Positions 48,588-61,967 of a stretch of 64,000 nucleotides of DNA are shown here, piece by piece. The notes under the pieces were generated by a model. The model was not told the origin of the DNA, made no database searches, and worked only from the letters and a program-made list of their open reading frames with translations. Every line of letters starts with the position of its first letter. Positions within the stretch are counted from its first letter, which is position 1. Origin of the DNA: Eledone cirrhosa (taxonomy: Eukaryota). The stretch is from positions 258,850,001 to 258,914,000 of the forward strand of contig OZ024741.1 in NCBI GenBank assembly GCA_964016885.1. Direction: 5' to 3'. Both the position numbers and the translations under genes were made by a program.

Positions 48588-49506
48588 TATATACACATAT
48601 ATATATATATACACATAGCTAGGATTTCTTCACTTTACTGAAATTACACTTCCCATACAACATAGGTACTACACCTCTATAATAAGAACACTATAAGACT
48701 GTCTTACTCCACCACACCTAACCTAGCTAGGAATATAGCCAACCACAACTCTAAACTAAATAAGCCAACCACCTCCGAAACCAATCCCGGACTGGGGCTC
48801 TATGTAATTGCATAAATAAGGAAACATGCCCCACTAGAAAACAAATGCCTCACAAACGACATCGTATAACAAATGCGATGTATCTCGGGCATCGAGGATT
48901 GCAAAAAAACTTACATCGGCATGACTCCAACACCTTTAAGACCCGCTGGTATGCCCATACCCACACTCCTTCAGAAGACCGGATAAATCAAACCCAAACA
49001 ACACTCGCCTCCTACGTTTGGGACCTCAAAAGGAACTCCACCCCCTTCACGCTTAATTGGAAAATACTCCAGAAAGCGCGCTCTTACGACGGAGGACACA
49101 AGGGCTGCGACCTTTGTATTTCAGAGAGTTACGAAATTTTATTCGCCAAGGCCCGCTACTGAACAAACTCTCTGCACACTGCCCGAACTGCATGCACAGA
49201 AACTTTGCAACATTCAAACAACACTTTAAGCCAGTGTTAAAGCCCGATGGCTAAACGACCTCCCCCCTATTGGCCCCTATACCTCCTCACCCTACCACCC
49301 CACCCCTCCTCAACCTGTAATACGGCCACTATGGTCATGTGAGTACCTCTTTTGTATCTACTTTTTCTGCCTGTAGAGGTGTCTTTATGTGCCTGTGTAT
49401 ATGCGTATATTTATCGAGTACCTATTTACTTGTATGTGTATATATTTGTTTGTATATGTGTATATGTGTATGTGTTTGTGTGTGTATATATATATGTATG
49501 TGTATG

Positions 49507-49539
<33 letters not shown>

Positions 49540-49745
49540 TATATGTATATATATATGTATATATATTTTTTTATATATATATATATATAATATAGTGTGT
49601 GTATGTATGTGTGTATGTGTATATATATATATGTTAGTGTGAATACGTGTTTTATGTGTGTATATTTATGCAGGTATATGTTTGTATGTGTCTGTATATA
49701 TGTATGTATGTATGTCATGTATGTGTGTGTATGTATGTATATGTA

Positions 49746-49781
<36 letters not shown>

Positions 49782-50024
49782 CTATATATACTATATAGTA
49801 TATATATGTATATATATTATATATATATGATATAGTATATATAATATGTATATGTAGTATATGTATATAGTATAATATTTGTGTATGTGTATGTGTATGT
49901 ATGTATGTATTTGTATGTGTCTGTGTATATATACATAACATATGTATGTATATATATATATCATATATATATATATTATATAGTATGTGCATAGAGAGAG
50001 AGAATGTGTGTGTGTATATATATA

Positions 50025-50058
<34 letters not shown>

Positions 50059-50096
50059 CGTGTGTATGTGTGTGTGTATGCGTGTGTATATATATA

Positions 50097-50144
<48 letters not shown>

Positions 50145-50281
50145 ATGTATATATGTGTGTGTATATGTGCGTTATATCTCTGTATATATATGTGTATATT
50201 TATGTATAGGTCTGTGTATGCATGCGTATGTTTGTGTATGTATGGATATATATATATAGTGTGTGTATATATATGTGTATA

Positions 50282-50324
<43 letters not shown>

Positions 50325-50423
50325 TTGTATGTGTGTGTATAGAGGGATATATATATATATATGTATATGTGTGTGTATGTATGTGTGTGTGTGTATATGT
50401 ATGTATATATATATATATATATG

Positions 50424-50457
<34 letters not shown>

Positions 50458-50513
50458 GTATAATATATATATATATGTATGTGTATATGTGTGTGTATGT
50501 ATGTGTGTATATG

Positions 50514-50558
<45 letters not shown>

Positions 50559-50679
50559 ATGTGTGTGTGTATAGATATTTATAAATATGTATACTCGTGT
50601 TTGTATGTATGCGTGTGAGTGTATTTATTTGTGTATATATGTGTGTATGTGTGTATGTATGTGTATGTGTGTGTGTATC

Positions 50680-50766
<87 letters not shown>

Positions 50767-50781
50767 GTATATATATGTATG

Positions 50782-50812
<31 letters not shown>

Positions 50813-50881
50813 GTATGTATGTGTGTGTGTGTGTATGTGTGTGTGTGTGTATGTGTGTATATATATATGTGTATATATATA

Positions 50882-50955
<74 letters not shown>

Positions 50956-51688
50956 ATATGTGTGCGTATGTATATGTGTATATGTATTTTATATATGTAT
51001 GTATGTATGTATGTGTGTATGTATGTGCGTGTACATGAATATATATTTGTATATATTTATATATTTTTTTTATATATATATTTGTGTGTGTGTTTTTATG
51101 TGTGTATATGTGTTTATGTGTGTGTTTATGGTTGCGCGTAAGTGTGTGAGTGAGTATGTGTGTTTTTTTGTTTTTTTAGGTGTGGTTTTTTTTGTTTTTC
51201 TGTTTTTTTGTTTTTTTGGGTTTTTTTGTTTTTTTGTGAATGTGTCTGTTGATTTAGCATATTGTTGATTAGTTTAAGAGAAGTTCGAAGATAATAGTAA
51301 GATATGCACTCAGTATTTTGAATCTGTCTGCAGAATTCCCTAGACCTTTGTCACTTAGCAGAACTTAATGACTTTAGCTTTTAAAGAATCTCCCTTTTCT
51401 TTAATTCTATCGAGCATGAATGACCCCCCACTGATTTTATAGACATCTGCTAGCTTAAGAGAAACGTATTGACAAGGAATGGTATGCCATCCGGAACCTG
51501 TTTATAGAATTCTGTCTGCCTTTGTTACTCTAAAAACATAAATAAATATAAATTAACTATAGCTATGTAGAATTAGCTTTTAATGAATTCCCTTCTCTAT
51601 CAACCAATGACCTGCACCCATCCCACTCCCCACCCTCTCCTACCACTTGTAGAGACCTATAAATACCATATTTATTTTTTGATACCCA

Positions 51689-51737
51689 GATTCCTGATGA
51701 TTTCTAATGAATGAAACAGTTCTAGTCCTGTAGAATC
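51689..51737 (+). ncRNA. Type I HHR in the upstream pLTR (predicted cut after 51732)
   Basis: GATTC-CTGATGA-TTTCTAATGAAT-GAAA-CAG..CTG-TA-GAATC. Confidence 0.88.
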
Positions 51738-51868
51738 TCATCTATATTAAAACTGTTATACTCTGCTATGTATTGAGTACCTTACTTACTGTGGTTACCT
51801 CCGATTCAACCCGGAATAACGTACATTTTAGCACTCTCTGTGCCCCTTATAACCATCATCAAGAAACC

Positions 51869-54010
51869 ATGCTGACCAAACTCGACCTTGATATTTCCTT
51901 GAAGAACATCCCTATCCCTCCAAGGAAACTATACTTAAAAACACTCATCAGACGTACCGACGAGTTCATCAAGCGAATTAGATGGAGGGCCTTCTTCCTC
52001 GACAACCCTGATGTAGCATCTACCAATGATGAGAAGTTCGGCTTCAAAACGAATAAGACACCACCCACCAACAGCCTACTCCAACCATTTGAGGAAGACC
52101 TCTTCAAGATGATCAAGGATATTAAATTCCGTAGAGCCACCACACCATTCCAGGCCTACTTAAATGCCGAATTACGGAATATAAAAAAATCCCCTAATCT
52201 TTATGTCTCCTCCGATAAAACCAAAAACGTTTATGAGGTAGACCCACAGACCTACAATAAGCTGGCAAAAAATACCATCACGACCACCTACAAAAAGGTA
52301 ATAGAGAGGGCGCTGACTGAGACAAACGCGGCCGGAAAAGAAATCGCCAAGTCCCTTAAATTACATGACCGAACCGAACCTTTAAGGGTAAAGACCCCGC
52401 ACTTTACCCTGAAGGACCATAAGGGAAACTTCCTCAACAAACCATCAGTCAGACTTATCAACCCCACTCGCTCTGACATCGGCTCTATCAGTAAGAAGAT
52501 CCTGGATAGAGTTCTACCATTATTGCGGGCGGCCTCACCACTTCCACTCTGGAGTAGAACATCTGAGGCAATTTCATGGTTCCAAGAATTACCCGATAAA
52601 CACCACACTCGCTTCCTGCAACTCGACATAGAAAACTACTATGCCTCTATCTCGGAGCCCCTCCTGAAGGACGCAATTAACTTTGCCAGGAATTTTACCA
52701 CCATTACCGATGCCGAGCAAGTTATTATCCTCCACGCTCGTAAGACCTTTCTATACCACGATGGATCTTACTGGATCAACAAGAAATCTCAGACCCCATT
52801 TGACGTTAGCATGGGGGCGAGTGACTCGGCTGAAATTAGCGACCTTGTGGGCCTGTACATCCTACATAACCTGAAGAACCTCTTTACCGGCCTTACTGGA
52901 GGTGTATACCGAGACGACGGCCTCTTCGCCCTGCATAAGGTTAGCCCCAGAACCACCGATGGGTTTCGGAAAAACTTAAGCTCTTTCTTCTCTAATCTAG
53001 GATTTAGTATAACTATAGATTCTAATTTGACTAGGGCCAACTTCTTAGATGTCACTCTCGACCTAGATACTTCCCTCTATTACCCGTACCACAAACCTAA
53101 CGAGTCCCTTAAATATATTAATGTTAATTCAAACCACCCCCAAAACATTACTGATAACCTAGTAAAAAGCGTCTCTATTAGAATATCTGGCCTCTCCGCC
53201 AACAAAGATATTTTTAATGCATATGCCTCCTACTACAATGACGCCCTAGCCCGTAGCGGATTTAAAGATAAGATAACTTACCTAGAAACCACCGCAAAAT
53301 TGCAGAGAAGGAATAGACATAGGCAGATTAGCTGGTACAACCCTCCCTTCAATAGAGAGGTATCTACTCCGATAGCTAGGATTTTCTTCACTTTACTGAA
53401 ATTACACTTCCCCATACAACATAGGTACTACACCATCTTTAATAAGAACACTATAAGACTGTCTTACTCCACCACACCTAACCTAGCTAGGAATATAGCC
53501 AACCACAACTCTAAACTAAATAAGCCAACCACCTCCGAAACCAATCCCCGGACTGGGGCTCTATGTAATTGCCTAAATAAGGAAACATGCCCACTAGAAA
53601 ACAAATGCCTCACAAACGACATCGTATACAAATGCGATGTCATCTCGGGCACCGAGGATTGCAAAAAAACTTACATCGGCATGACCTCCAACACCTTTAA
53701 GACCCGCTGGTATGCCCATACCCACTCCTTCAGAAGACCGGATAAATCAAACCAAACAACACTCGCCTCCTACGTTTGGGACCTCAAAAGGAACTCCACC
53801 CCCTTCACGCTTAATTGGAAAATACTCCAGAAAGCGCGCTCTTACGACGGAGGACACAAGGGCTGCGACCTTTGTATTTCAGAGAGTTACGAAATTTTAT
53901 TCGCCAAGGGCCCGCTACTGAACAAACTCTCTGAACACTGCCCGAACTGCATGCACAAGAACTTTGCAACATTCAAACACTTTAAGCCAGTGTTAAAGCC
54001 CGATGGCTAA
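51869..54010 (+). CDS. Intact PLE polyprotein: reverse transcriptase + C-terminal GIY-YIG endonuclease (713 aa from first ATG)
   Basis: KNIPIP, SDKTKN, KDHK, RLINP, DIENYY (motif A), MGASDS (B'), YRDDG (C), CNC...CPL...CL, IVYKC...YIGMT, CDLC. Confidence 0.95.
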   Translation: MLTKLDLDISLKNIPIPPRKLYLKTLIRRTDEFIKRIRWRAFFLDNPDVASTNDEKFGFKTNKTPPTNSLLQPFEEDLFKMIKDIKFRRATTPFQAYLNAELRNIKKSPNLYVSSDKTKNVYEVDPQTYNKLAKNTITTTYKKVIERALTETNAAGKEIAKSLKLHDRTEPLRVKTPHFTLKDHKGNFLNKPSVRLINPTRSDIGSISKKILDRVLPLLRAASPLPLWSRTSEAISWFQELPDKHHTRFLQLDIENYYASISEPLLKDAINFARNFTTITDAEQVIILHARKTFLYHDGSYWINKKSQTPFDVSMGASDSAEISDLVGLYILHNLKNLFTGLTGGVYRDDGLFALHKVSPRTTDGFRKNLSSFFSNLGFSITIDSNLTRANFLDVTLDLDTSLYYPYHKPNESLKYINVNSNHPQNITDNLVKSVSIRISGLSANKDIFNAYASYYNDALARSGFKDKITYLETTAKLQRRNRHRQISWYNPPFNREVSTPIARIFFTLLKLHFPIQHRYYTIFNKNTIRLSYSTTPNLARNIANHNSKLNKPTTSETNPRTGALCNCLNKETCPLENKCLTNDIVYKCDVISGTEDCKKTYIGMTSNTFKTRWYAHTHSFRRPDKSNQTTLASYVWDLKRNSTPFTLNWKILQKARSYDGGHKGCDLCISESYEILFAKGPLLNKLSEHCPNCMHKNFATFKHFKPVLKPDG

Positions 54011-54259
54011 AAACGACCTCCCCCTATTGGCCCCTATACCTCCTCCCCACCCTACCCCCACCCCTCCTCAACCTGTAATACGGCCACTATGGTCATGTGA
54101 GTACCTCTTTTGTATCTACTTTTTCTGCCTGTAGAGGTGTCTTTATGTGCCTGTGTATATGCGTATATTTATCGAGTACCTATTTACTTGTATGTGTATA
54201 TATTTGTTTGTATATGTGTATATGTGTATGTGTTGTGTGTGTATATATATATGTATGTG

Positions 54260-54308
<49 letters not shown>

Positions 54309-54318
54309 GTATATATAT

Positions 54319-54358
<40 letters not shown>

Positions 54359-54494
54359 ATGTATGTGTGTATGTGTATATATATATATATGTTTGTGTGA
54401 ATACGTGTTTTATGTGTGTATATTTATGCAGGTATATGTTTGTATGTGTATGTATGTATGTATGTATGTATGTGTGTGTATGTATGTATATGTA

Positions 54495-54563
<69 letters not shown>

Positions 54564-54680
54564 GTATATATATATATGTATATGTATGTATATGTATATG
54601 TATATGTATATATTTGTGTATGTGTATGTGTATGTATGTATGTATTTGTATGTGTCTGTGTATATATACATACACATATG

Positions 54681-54721
<41 letters not shown>

Positions 54722-54901
54722 GCATGAGAGAGAGAATGTGTGTGTGTGTATATATATTTTGTGTGTGGGTGTGTGTATGTGTGTATGCACGCGTGTGTGT
54801 GTGTATATATATATATATACACACACACACGCGTGCATACACACATACACACACCCACACACAAAATATATATACACACACACACATTCTCTCTCTCATG
54901 C

Positions 54902-54950
<49 letters not shown>

Positions 54951-54999
54951 CATATGTGTATGTATATATACACAGACACATACAAATACATACATACAT

Positions 55000-55043
<44 letters not shown>

Positions 55044-55059
55044 ATGTGTGTGTGTATGC

Positions 55060-55109
<50 letters not shown>

Positions 55110-55250
55110 ATGTATATATGTGTGTGTATATGTGCGTTATATCTCTGTATATATATGTGTATATTTATGTATAGGTCTGTGTATGCATGTGTATGTTTGT
55201 GTATGTATGGATATATATATATATGTGTGTATATATATGTGTATATGTAC

Positions 55251-55309
<59 letters not shown>

Positions 55310-55394
55310 TTGTATGTGTGTGTATAGAGGGATATATATATATATATATATGTATATGTGTGTGTGTATGTATGTGTGTGTGTGTATATGTATG

Positions 55395-55465
<71 letters not shown>

Positions 55466-55502
55466 GTATGTGTATATGTGTGTGTATGTATGTGTGTATA
55501 TG

Positions 55503-55547
<45 letters not shown>

Positions 55548-55668
55548 ATGTGTGTGTGTATAGATATTTACACATATGTATACTCGTGTTTGTATGTATG
55601 CGTGTGAGTGTATTTATTTGTGTATATATGTGTGTATGTGTGTATGTATGTGTATGTGTGTGTGTATC

Positions 55669-55751
<83 letters not shown>

Positions 55752-55766
55752 GTATATATATGTATG

Positions 55767-55797
<31 letters not shown>

Positions 55798-55850
55798 GTA
55801 TGTATGTGTGTGTGTGTGTATGTGTGTATATATATATGTGTATATATATA

Positions 55851-55899
<49 letters not shown>

Positions 55900-56651
55900 T
55901 TATATATATATATATTGTATATGTGTGCGTATGTATATGTGTATATGTATTTTATATATGTATGTATGTATGTATGTGTGTATGTATGTGCGTGTACATG
56001 AATATATATTTGTATATATTTATATATTTTTTTTATATATATATTTGTGTGTGTGTTTTTATGTGTGTATATGTGTTTATGTGTGTGTTTATGGTTGCGC
56101 GTAAGTGTGTGAGTGAGTATGTGTGTTTTTTTGTTTTTTTAGGTGTGGTTTTTTTTGTTTTTCTGTTTTTTTGTTTTTTTGGGTTTTTTTGTTTTTTTCT
56201 GAATGTGTCTGTTGATTTGGCATATTGTTGATTAGTTTAAGAGAAGTTCGAAGATAATAGTAAGATATGCACTCAGTATTTTGAATCTGTCTGCAGAATT
56301 CCCTAGACCTTTGTCACTTAGCAGAACTTAATGACTTTAGCTTTTAAAGAATCTCCCTTTTCTTTAATTCTATCGAGCATGAATGACTCCCCACTGATTT
56401 TATAGACATCTGCTAGCTTAAGAGAAACGTATTGACAAGGAATGGTATGCCATCCGGAACCTGTTTATAGAATTCTGTCTGCCTTTGTTACTCTAAAAAC
56501 ATAAATAAATATAAATTAACTATAGCTATGTAGAATTAGCTTTTAATGAATTCCCTTCTCTATCAACCAATGACCTGCACCCATCCCACTCCCCACCCTC
56601 TCCTACCACTTGTAGAGACCTATAAATACCATATTTATTTTTTGATACCCA

Positions 56652-56700
56652 GATTCCTGATGATTTCTAATGAATGAAACAGTTCTAGTCCTGTAGAATC
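56652..56700 (+). ncRNA. Type I HHR in the downstream pLTR (predicted cut after 56695)
   Basis: Identical to 51689-51737. Confidence 0.88.
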
Positions 56701-57309
56701 TCATCTATATTAAAACTATATATATATATATATATATAGATATATATATATAGATATACGGAAAAAAAATGAAACGATGTTTCATTTCCCACTCTTAGTA
56801 CGGCTGTTACTTAAATATAAGTATGTACACGTACATACATATATGTATACGTGCATATATATATGTGTGCATGTATGTATATATATATATATATACATAC
56901 TACTGTATACGTGCATATATATATGTGTGCATGTATGTATATATATATATACATACTACTGTACGTCGGTATACATATACCATCGTTGCCATTTTGTTCA
57001 ACACTGACAAACAAGCCGAGCATTATAATAAATGTTCGGTAAACCCATACGTACATATATATATGTGTGCATGTACGTATGTATATACATACTACTGTAT
57101 GTCTGTATACATATATGTATGTACGTGTACATACATATATTTAAGTAACAGCCGTACTAAGAGTGGGAAATGAAACATCGTTTCATTTTTTCCGTTTATC
57201 GTTTTCGGTGCACCCGGCCGATTAACCCACTCGATGTGCAAATTGGGCTACTCAGCCGTTAATATGCATAAGGTAAGTATATATGTTCAACAATCTGGCA
57301 GGAAGGTAT

Positions 57310-57352
57310 ACGTTGCTGACGATAGCTAACAAGCTTGAAACTAGTACAGCGT
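57310..57352 (+). ncRNA. Type I HHR, copy 1 (cut after 57346)
   Basis: ACGTTG-CTGACGA-TAGCTAACAAGCTT-GAAA-CTAG-TA-CAGCGT. Confidence 0.9.
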
Positions 57353-57730
57353 TCCTTTGTCAGTGTTGAACAAACGAGTAACGGTGGTTGCTAGACACTA
57401 CGGCTTAATACGGGATGTTTGTTTACAAACACACCGAGCATTATAATTTATGTTCGGTGAATCCATACGTGCATATATATATGTGTGCATGATGTATATA
57501 TATATATACATACTACTGTACGTCGGTATACATATATGTATGTACGTGTACATACTTATATTTAAGTAACAGCCGTACTAAGAGTGGGAAATGAAACATC
57601 GTTTCATTTTTTCCGTTTAACGTTTTCGGTGCACCCGGCCGATTAACCCACTCGATGTGCAAATTGGGCTACTCAGCCGTTAATATGCATGAGGTAAGTA
57701 TATACGTTCAACAATCTGGCAGGAAGGTAT

Positions 57731-57773
57731 ACGTTGCTGACGATAGCTAACAAGCTTGAAACTAGTACAGCGT
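57731..57773 (+). ncRNA. Type I HHR, copy 2 (cut after 57767)
   Basis: Identical to copy 1, 421 bp downstream. Confidence 0.9.
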
Positions 57774-57997
57774 TCCTTTGTCAGTGTTGAACAAACGAGC
57801 AACGGTGGTTGCTAGACACTACGGCTTAATACGGGATGTTTGTTTACAAACACACCGAGCATTATAATAAATGTTCGGTGAATCCATACGTGCATATATA
57901 TATGTGTGCATGTATGTATATATATATATATATATATATATACAAACTACTGTACGTCGGTATACATATATGTATGTACGTGTACATACTTATATAT

Positions 57998-58255
<258 letters not shown>

Positions 58256-58334
58256 ATATATATATATATATGGATAAATATATATATATATATATGGTTA
58301 TATATTTATATATATATATATATATATATAGCGG

Positions 58335-60537
58335 CGATGAATTAGTTTTGCGAGGTTTTTTATATGAAATCGTGTGTCGAAACAGATATTGTTATATTTG
58401 GGGAGGGTCATATTTGCGTAATATTGCCAGAATTAATAACAGAACACACTCACTGTTTGGTTGGTTTTCGCTTCTCGCTGTCTTTTATATATATATATCT
58501 GCGATCTAACTTACTCGGTCCTCAATGTTGCCATTGACTGACCGGCGGTCAAAAATAATACAGATACAATATAGACAAACACATATATATATAGTTTACA
58601 TAATTTACATAAATCTTTCGTTGCACATCTGCAACATCGTCAGTGGTGTTATATTCATTGTTCCTCCTGTTGTGTTGTATGTCTACGCCATTTTTTTTGT
58701 TCAGTCTGTCTATATATTTATTTATTTATTTGCTTGTTTGTTTATCTTATTTTATTTTGTCTTCTTTGCGCATGCGTTTGCGTGTGTGTATAGTGTTATG
58801 TGTGATGTGTGACTAGTGTGTATAGTGTTGTGTCTGCTGGGTGACTAGTGTGTGTTTATGTGCTTGTGTATGTATTTATTTATCTTATTTTATTTAATTT
58901 AATTTACTTATTTATTTATACTTCTCTTAGGTCAGTGTTGTTTGTTTGGGTGTTGTTGTTGTTCCACTCATTCTTTCTGTTTAGCTTTGGTCTTCTAATT
59001 TCTATTTCACTGGCCTCTCTGATTTGCCTATCTGCTGGGTCATTCCTATGTTTAGATATTATTCTAATTTCTATGTTGTCTATGTTACCGTCATGTTGTT
59101 GTCTAGCATGTTCGTATAGTACTGACGCGTTTTTTCGTCCTTTTAGTTCCCCCCAGTGTTGGTCTATCCTTTCACCTATGCTACGAGCTGTCTCACCTAT
59201 GTATGTTGTTGTCGTGTTTCTGCAAGTACCCTCTGTACATCTTATGCTATAGACTACGTTTCTAGTTTTACAGTTTATCCGGGGGTTCACCTTACATATG
59301 ATACATTTCCTATTGGTACAGTGGGTTTTCTTAAAAGGGTAGGTTTTGCTGATCAGGGATTTTATGGTGGTTCCTGGCTTTTCTACCACCTTTATTTTTA
59401 AGTGGGTCTTTCTCAGGGCCTTTCTACACTGGTTAGCTAATTTCCCTCCAGGGGTGGCGTCCACAAACATGACACTCTGATATCTCTGGTTGTCGTACCA
59501 TGATGTGGCCTTCCCTATCTTATGTCTAGCCCTATCTAAGCTATTCCATGATTTGCTCCTGTATAGTGGGCAAATTCCTTTCATGTCCAGTTCTATGAGG
59601 GTCTTATACTTTTCCATGGCTCCTTCGTATACTCTGACTCTGTCTCTTTGGTTGTAGCCAGAGAACTGCATGCGGTTGATGAAGTGTTGGATGTGTCCTT
59701 CCATTTCTGTTGGGTCGCACATGCTGGACACATTCTTCATCACTCGTACCAAATCTGCGATCAGAATATTAAACTTAGCACTACTGGACATTGCTGAGTT
59801 TTTGAGTATCAGGTATTTGGAGGCCATGGGTTTAGCATAGTGTGAGTGGAGAATTTGGGCTCTCTCGTCTATAGTGTTAATCCAGAGTTCTGTGTCTAAT
59901 ACAGGTAGTCTATTGTTAGGGTGTTTGGAAGGGAAGTCTATAGTTACAGTTATACTCTGGTGTATGGAATTAGCTATCTGCTGGATGCTTTCCATCGTGC
60001 TACGTTCTAAATCAAACTTGTTAGTGCTCTCTAGTGGGGGTGTTCTTATAGCTATATTGATATCGTCTACATAACGAGAGTACATGATGAGGTCTATGGA
60101 GCTTTCATTAAGGAGATCTTTAAGTCTCCTTTCCCACCATACCATGAAAAGGTTGGCAACATCACCAGCTATGCTGACGCCGATGGCTGCTCCCTCATTT
60201 TGGGTGTAGATTTTCTCATTGAACTTAAATATGTGGCCCTTTAGGGTAGTTTTGATACTAGCCCCTATTGCATGTGCGACCATTTTTCTTACCTGATCAG
60301 TGTTTTGGGGGGTCCGTATAGCTTTGGTCCACCCAATCCACCTTCCTATGGGAGTCTTTTTAGCCATTGAGGTTATGGTGGGGGGTCTACCTCTTATAGG
60401 TCTTTTCACAGCAAAATCAATGTTAATGGATGTTTACAGTGACACCACATCCATGCTGCCTATTATGCAGTTGGATAGGCTCCTGTTTTTGTTGCACTCA
60501 CTGATTCTGCTGAGGAGGTCCTCTGTACTTTCACATA
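58335..60537 (-). mobile_element. Second copy of PLE family B, 5'-truncated, with HHR at 58608-58645
   Basis: ORF 58916..60409 has YVDD and NVVYSIRC...YIGETARS. Stop codon in motif A (DVVSL*). HHR reads CA-CTGACGA-T-GTTGCA..TGCAAC-GAAA-GATT-TA-TG. Confidence 0.92.
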
Positions 60538-60761
60538 CATCTTTTTGGCACCACATGTTCAAGCGTCTCTCGGTGTGTCTTTTATGCATGTATAAATATA
60601 TATGTTATCTATACGGTGAAATATTTGAAATAAATATATGTTAGAACGAAAAAGGAGAAAAATAGATTAGTGACGGAAATATAAACGTTATGATATAACG
60701 ATGGAAATATATAAACGTTTACGATAAAACGATGGAAATAGAAACGTTTATATATAATAAT

Positions 60762-61220
60762 CCGAAAGACTCGTAAGCCGAAACACTCGTAAGCCGAAAC
60801 ACTCATAAGTCGAAACACTCGTAAGTCGAAACACACGTAAGCCGAAACACTGAAACACTCGTAAGCCGAAACACTCGTTAGTCGAAACACTCGTAAGCCG
60901 AAACACTCATAAGTCGAAACACTCGTAAGTCGAAACACTCGTAAGCCGAAACACTCGTAAGTCGAAACACTCGTATTCGTAACACTCGTAAGTCGAAACA
61001 CTCGTAAGTCGAAACACTCGTAAGTCGAAACACTCGTAAGTCGAAATACTCGTAAGCCGAAACACTCGTAAGTCGGAACACTCGTAAGTCAGAACGCTCG
61101 TAAGTCAGATCACTCGTAAGTCAGAACACTCGTAAGTCAGAACACTCGTAAGTCAGAACACTCGTAAGTCAGAACACTCGTAAGTCGAAACACTCGTATC
61201 GAAACACTCGTAAGTCAAAA
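60762..61220. repeat. 16-bp minisatellite G(T/C)CGAAACACTCGTAA
   Basis: Period of 16 read directly. Confidence 0.95.
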
Positions 61221-61967
61221 CACCAGATCAAAAGGTTGAATTTTATGTGCATAACAAACACTCCCTGAAACATAAGTAATAAACATGTAAAGTTTGAAAA
61301 AAATCGGTTGGGTACTTCTCGCATTTTAGGGATTCAAACTCACAGACACACACACACACAGACAGACATCCTCAGGGAAGTGACGTAATGCAGACAGCCA
61401 GACATACAGACAGATATTATAAGGGCACGACGTTATATGTATGTATCTATCTAAAAAGAGAAAGACTAAGAATTATAGAGAGAGATCGCTAAATCGCCTA
61501 ATGTGGTCCCTAGGGCATTGAAAATTTGAAATATTTTTTGCTCAGAACACTCCCTGAAACATAAGTATTACATGTGTAAAGTTCGAAAACAGTCGGTTGG
61601 GTGGTTCTCGAGTTTTAAGGATTGAAACTCACACACAGACAGACATCCTCAGTTTTATATATATAGACTAGCAGAAAACCACCCGGTGAGCGGTTTTCTG
61701 CTAGCAAATCTAGTGTATATACTGATATTGTTGAGATTTGGATGAGAAATGTTTTTGGCACCACATGTTCAAGCGTCTCTCGGTGTGTCTTTTATGCATG
61801 TATAAATATGTTATCTATACGGTGAAATCTTTGAAATAAATATATGTTAAAACGAAAAAGGAGAAAAAGAGATAAGTGACGGAAATATAAACGTTATGAT
61901 ATAACGATGGAAATATATAAACGTTTACGATAAAACGATGGAAATAGAAACGTTTATATATAATAAT

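Larger units (their letters stand above)
47672..56716 (+). mobile_element. Complete Nematis-like PLE insertion: inverted pLTR (47672-48616), partial tandem copy (48617-51753), intact ORF, 3' pLTR (54011-56716)
   Basis: 48617-49254 duplicates the ORF 3' end with indels. 49255-51753 matches 54011-56716. 47672-48616 is the reverse complement of the pLTR end and extension. Confidence 0.93.
56758..57995 (+). mobile_element. Retrozyme-like element: ~2.3 tandem copies of a 421-bp non-coding HHR monomer with a rearranged/inverted 5' end
   Basis: Unit marker ACAAACA(C)ACCGAGCATTATAA at ~57007, 57425 and 57846. HHRs at 57310 and 57731. 56758-56850 and 56981-57010 are inverted copies of unit sequence. 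Confidence 0.85.

Noticed and set aside
47672-49330. Frameshifts in the upstream partial copy as programmed or biologically meaningful
   Set aside because: Scattered 1-nt indels next to near-identical sequence look like low-coverage consensus errors or decay.
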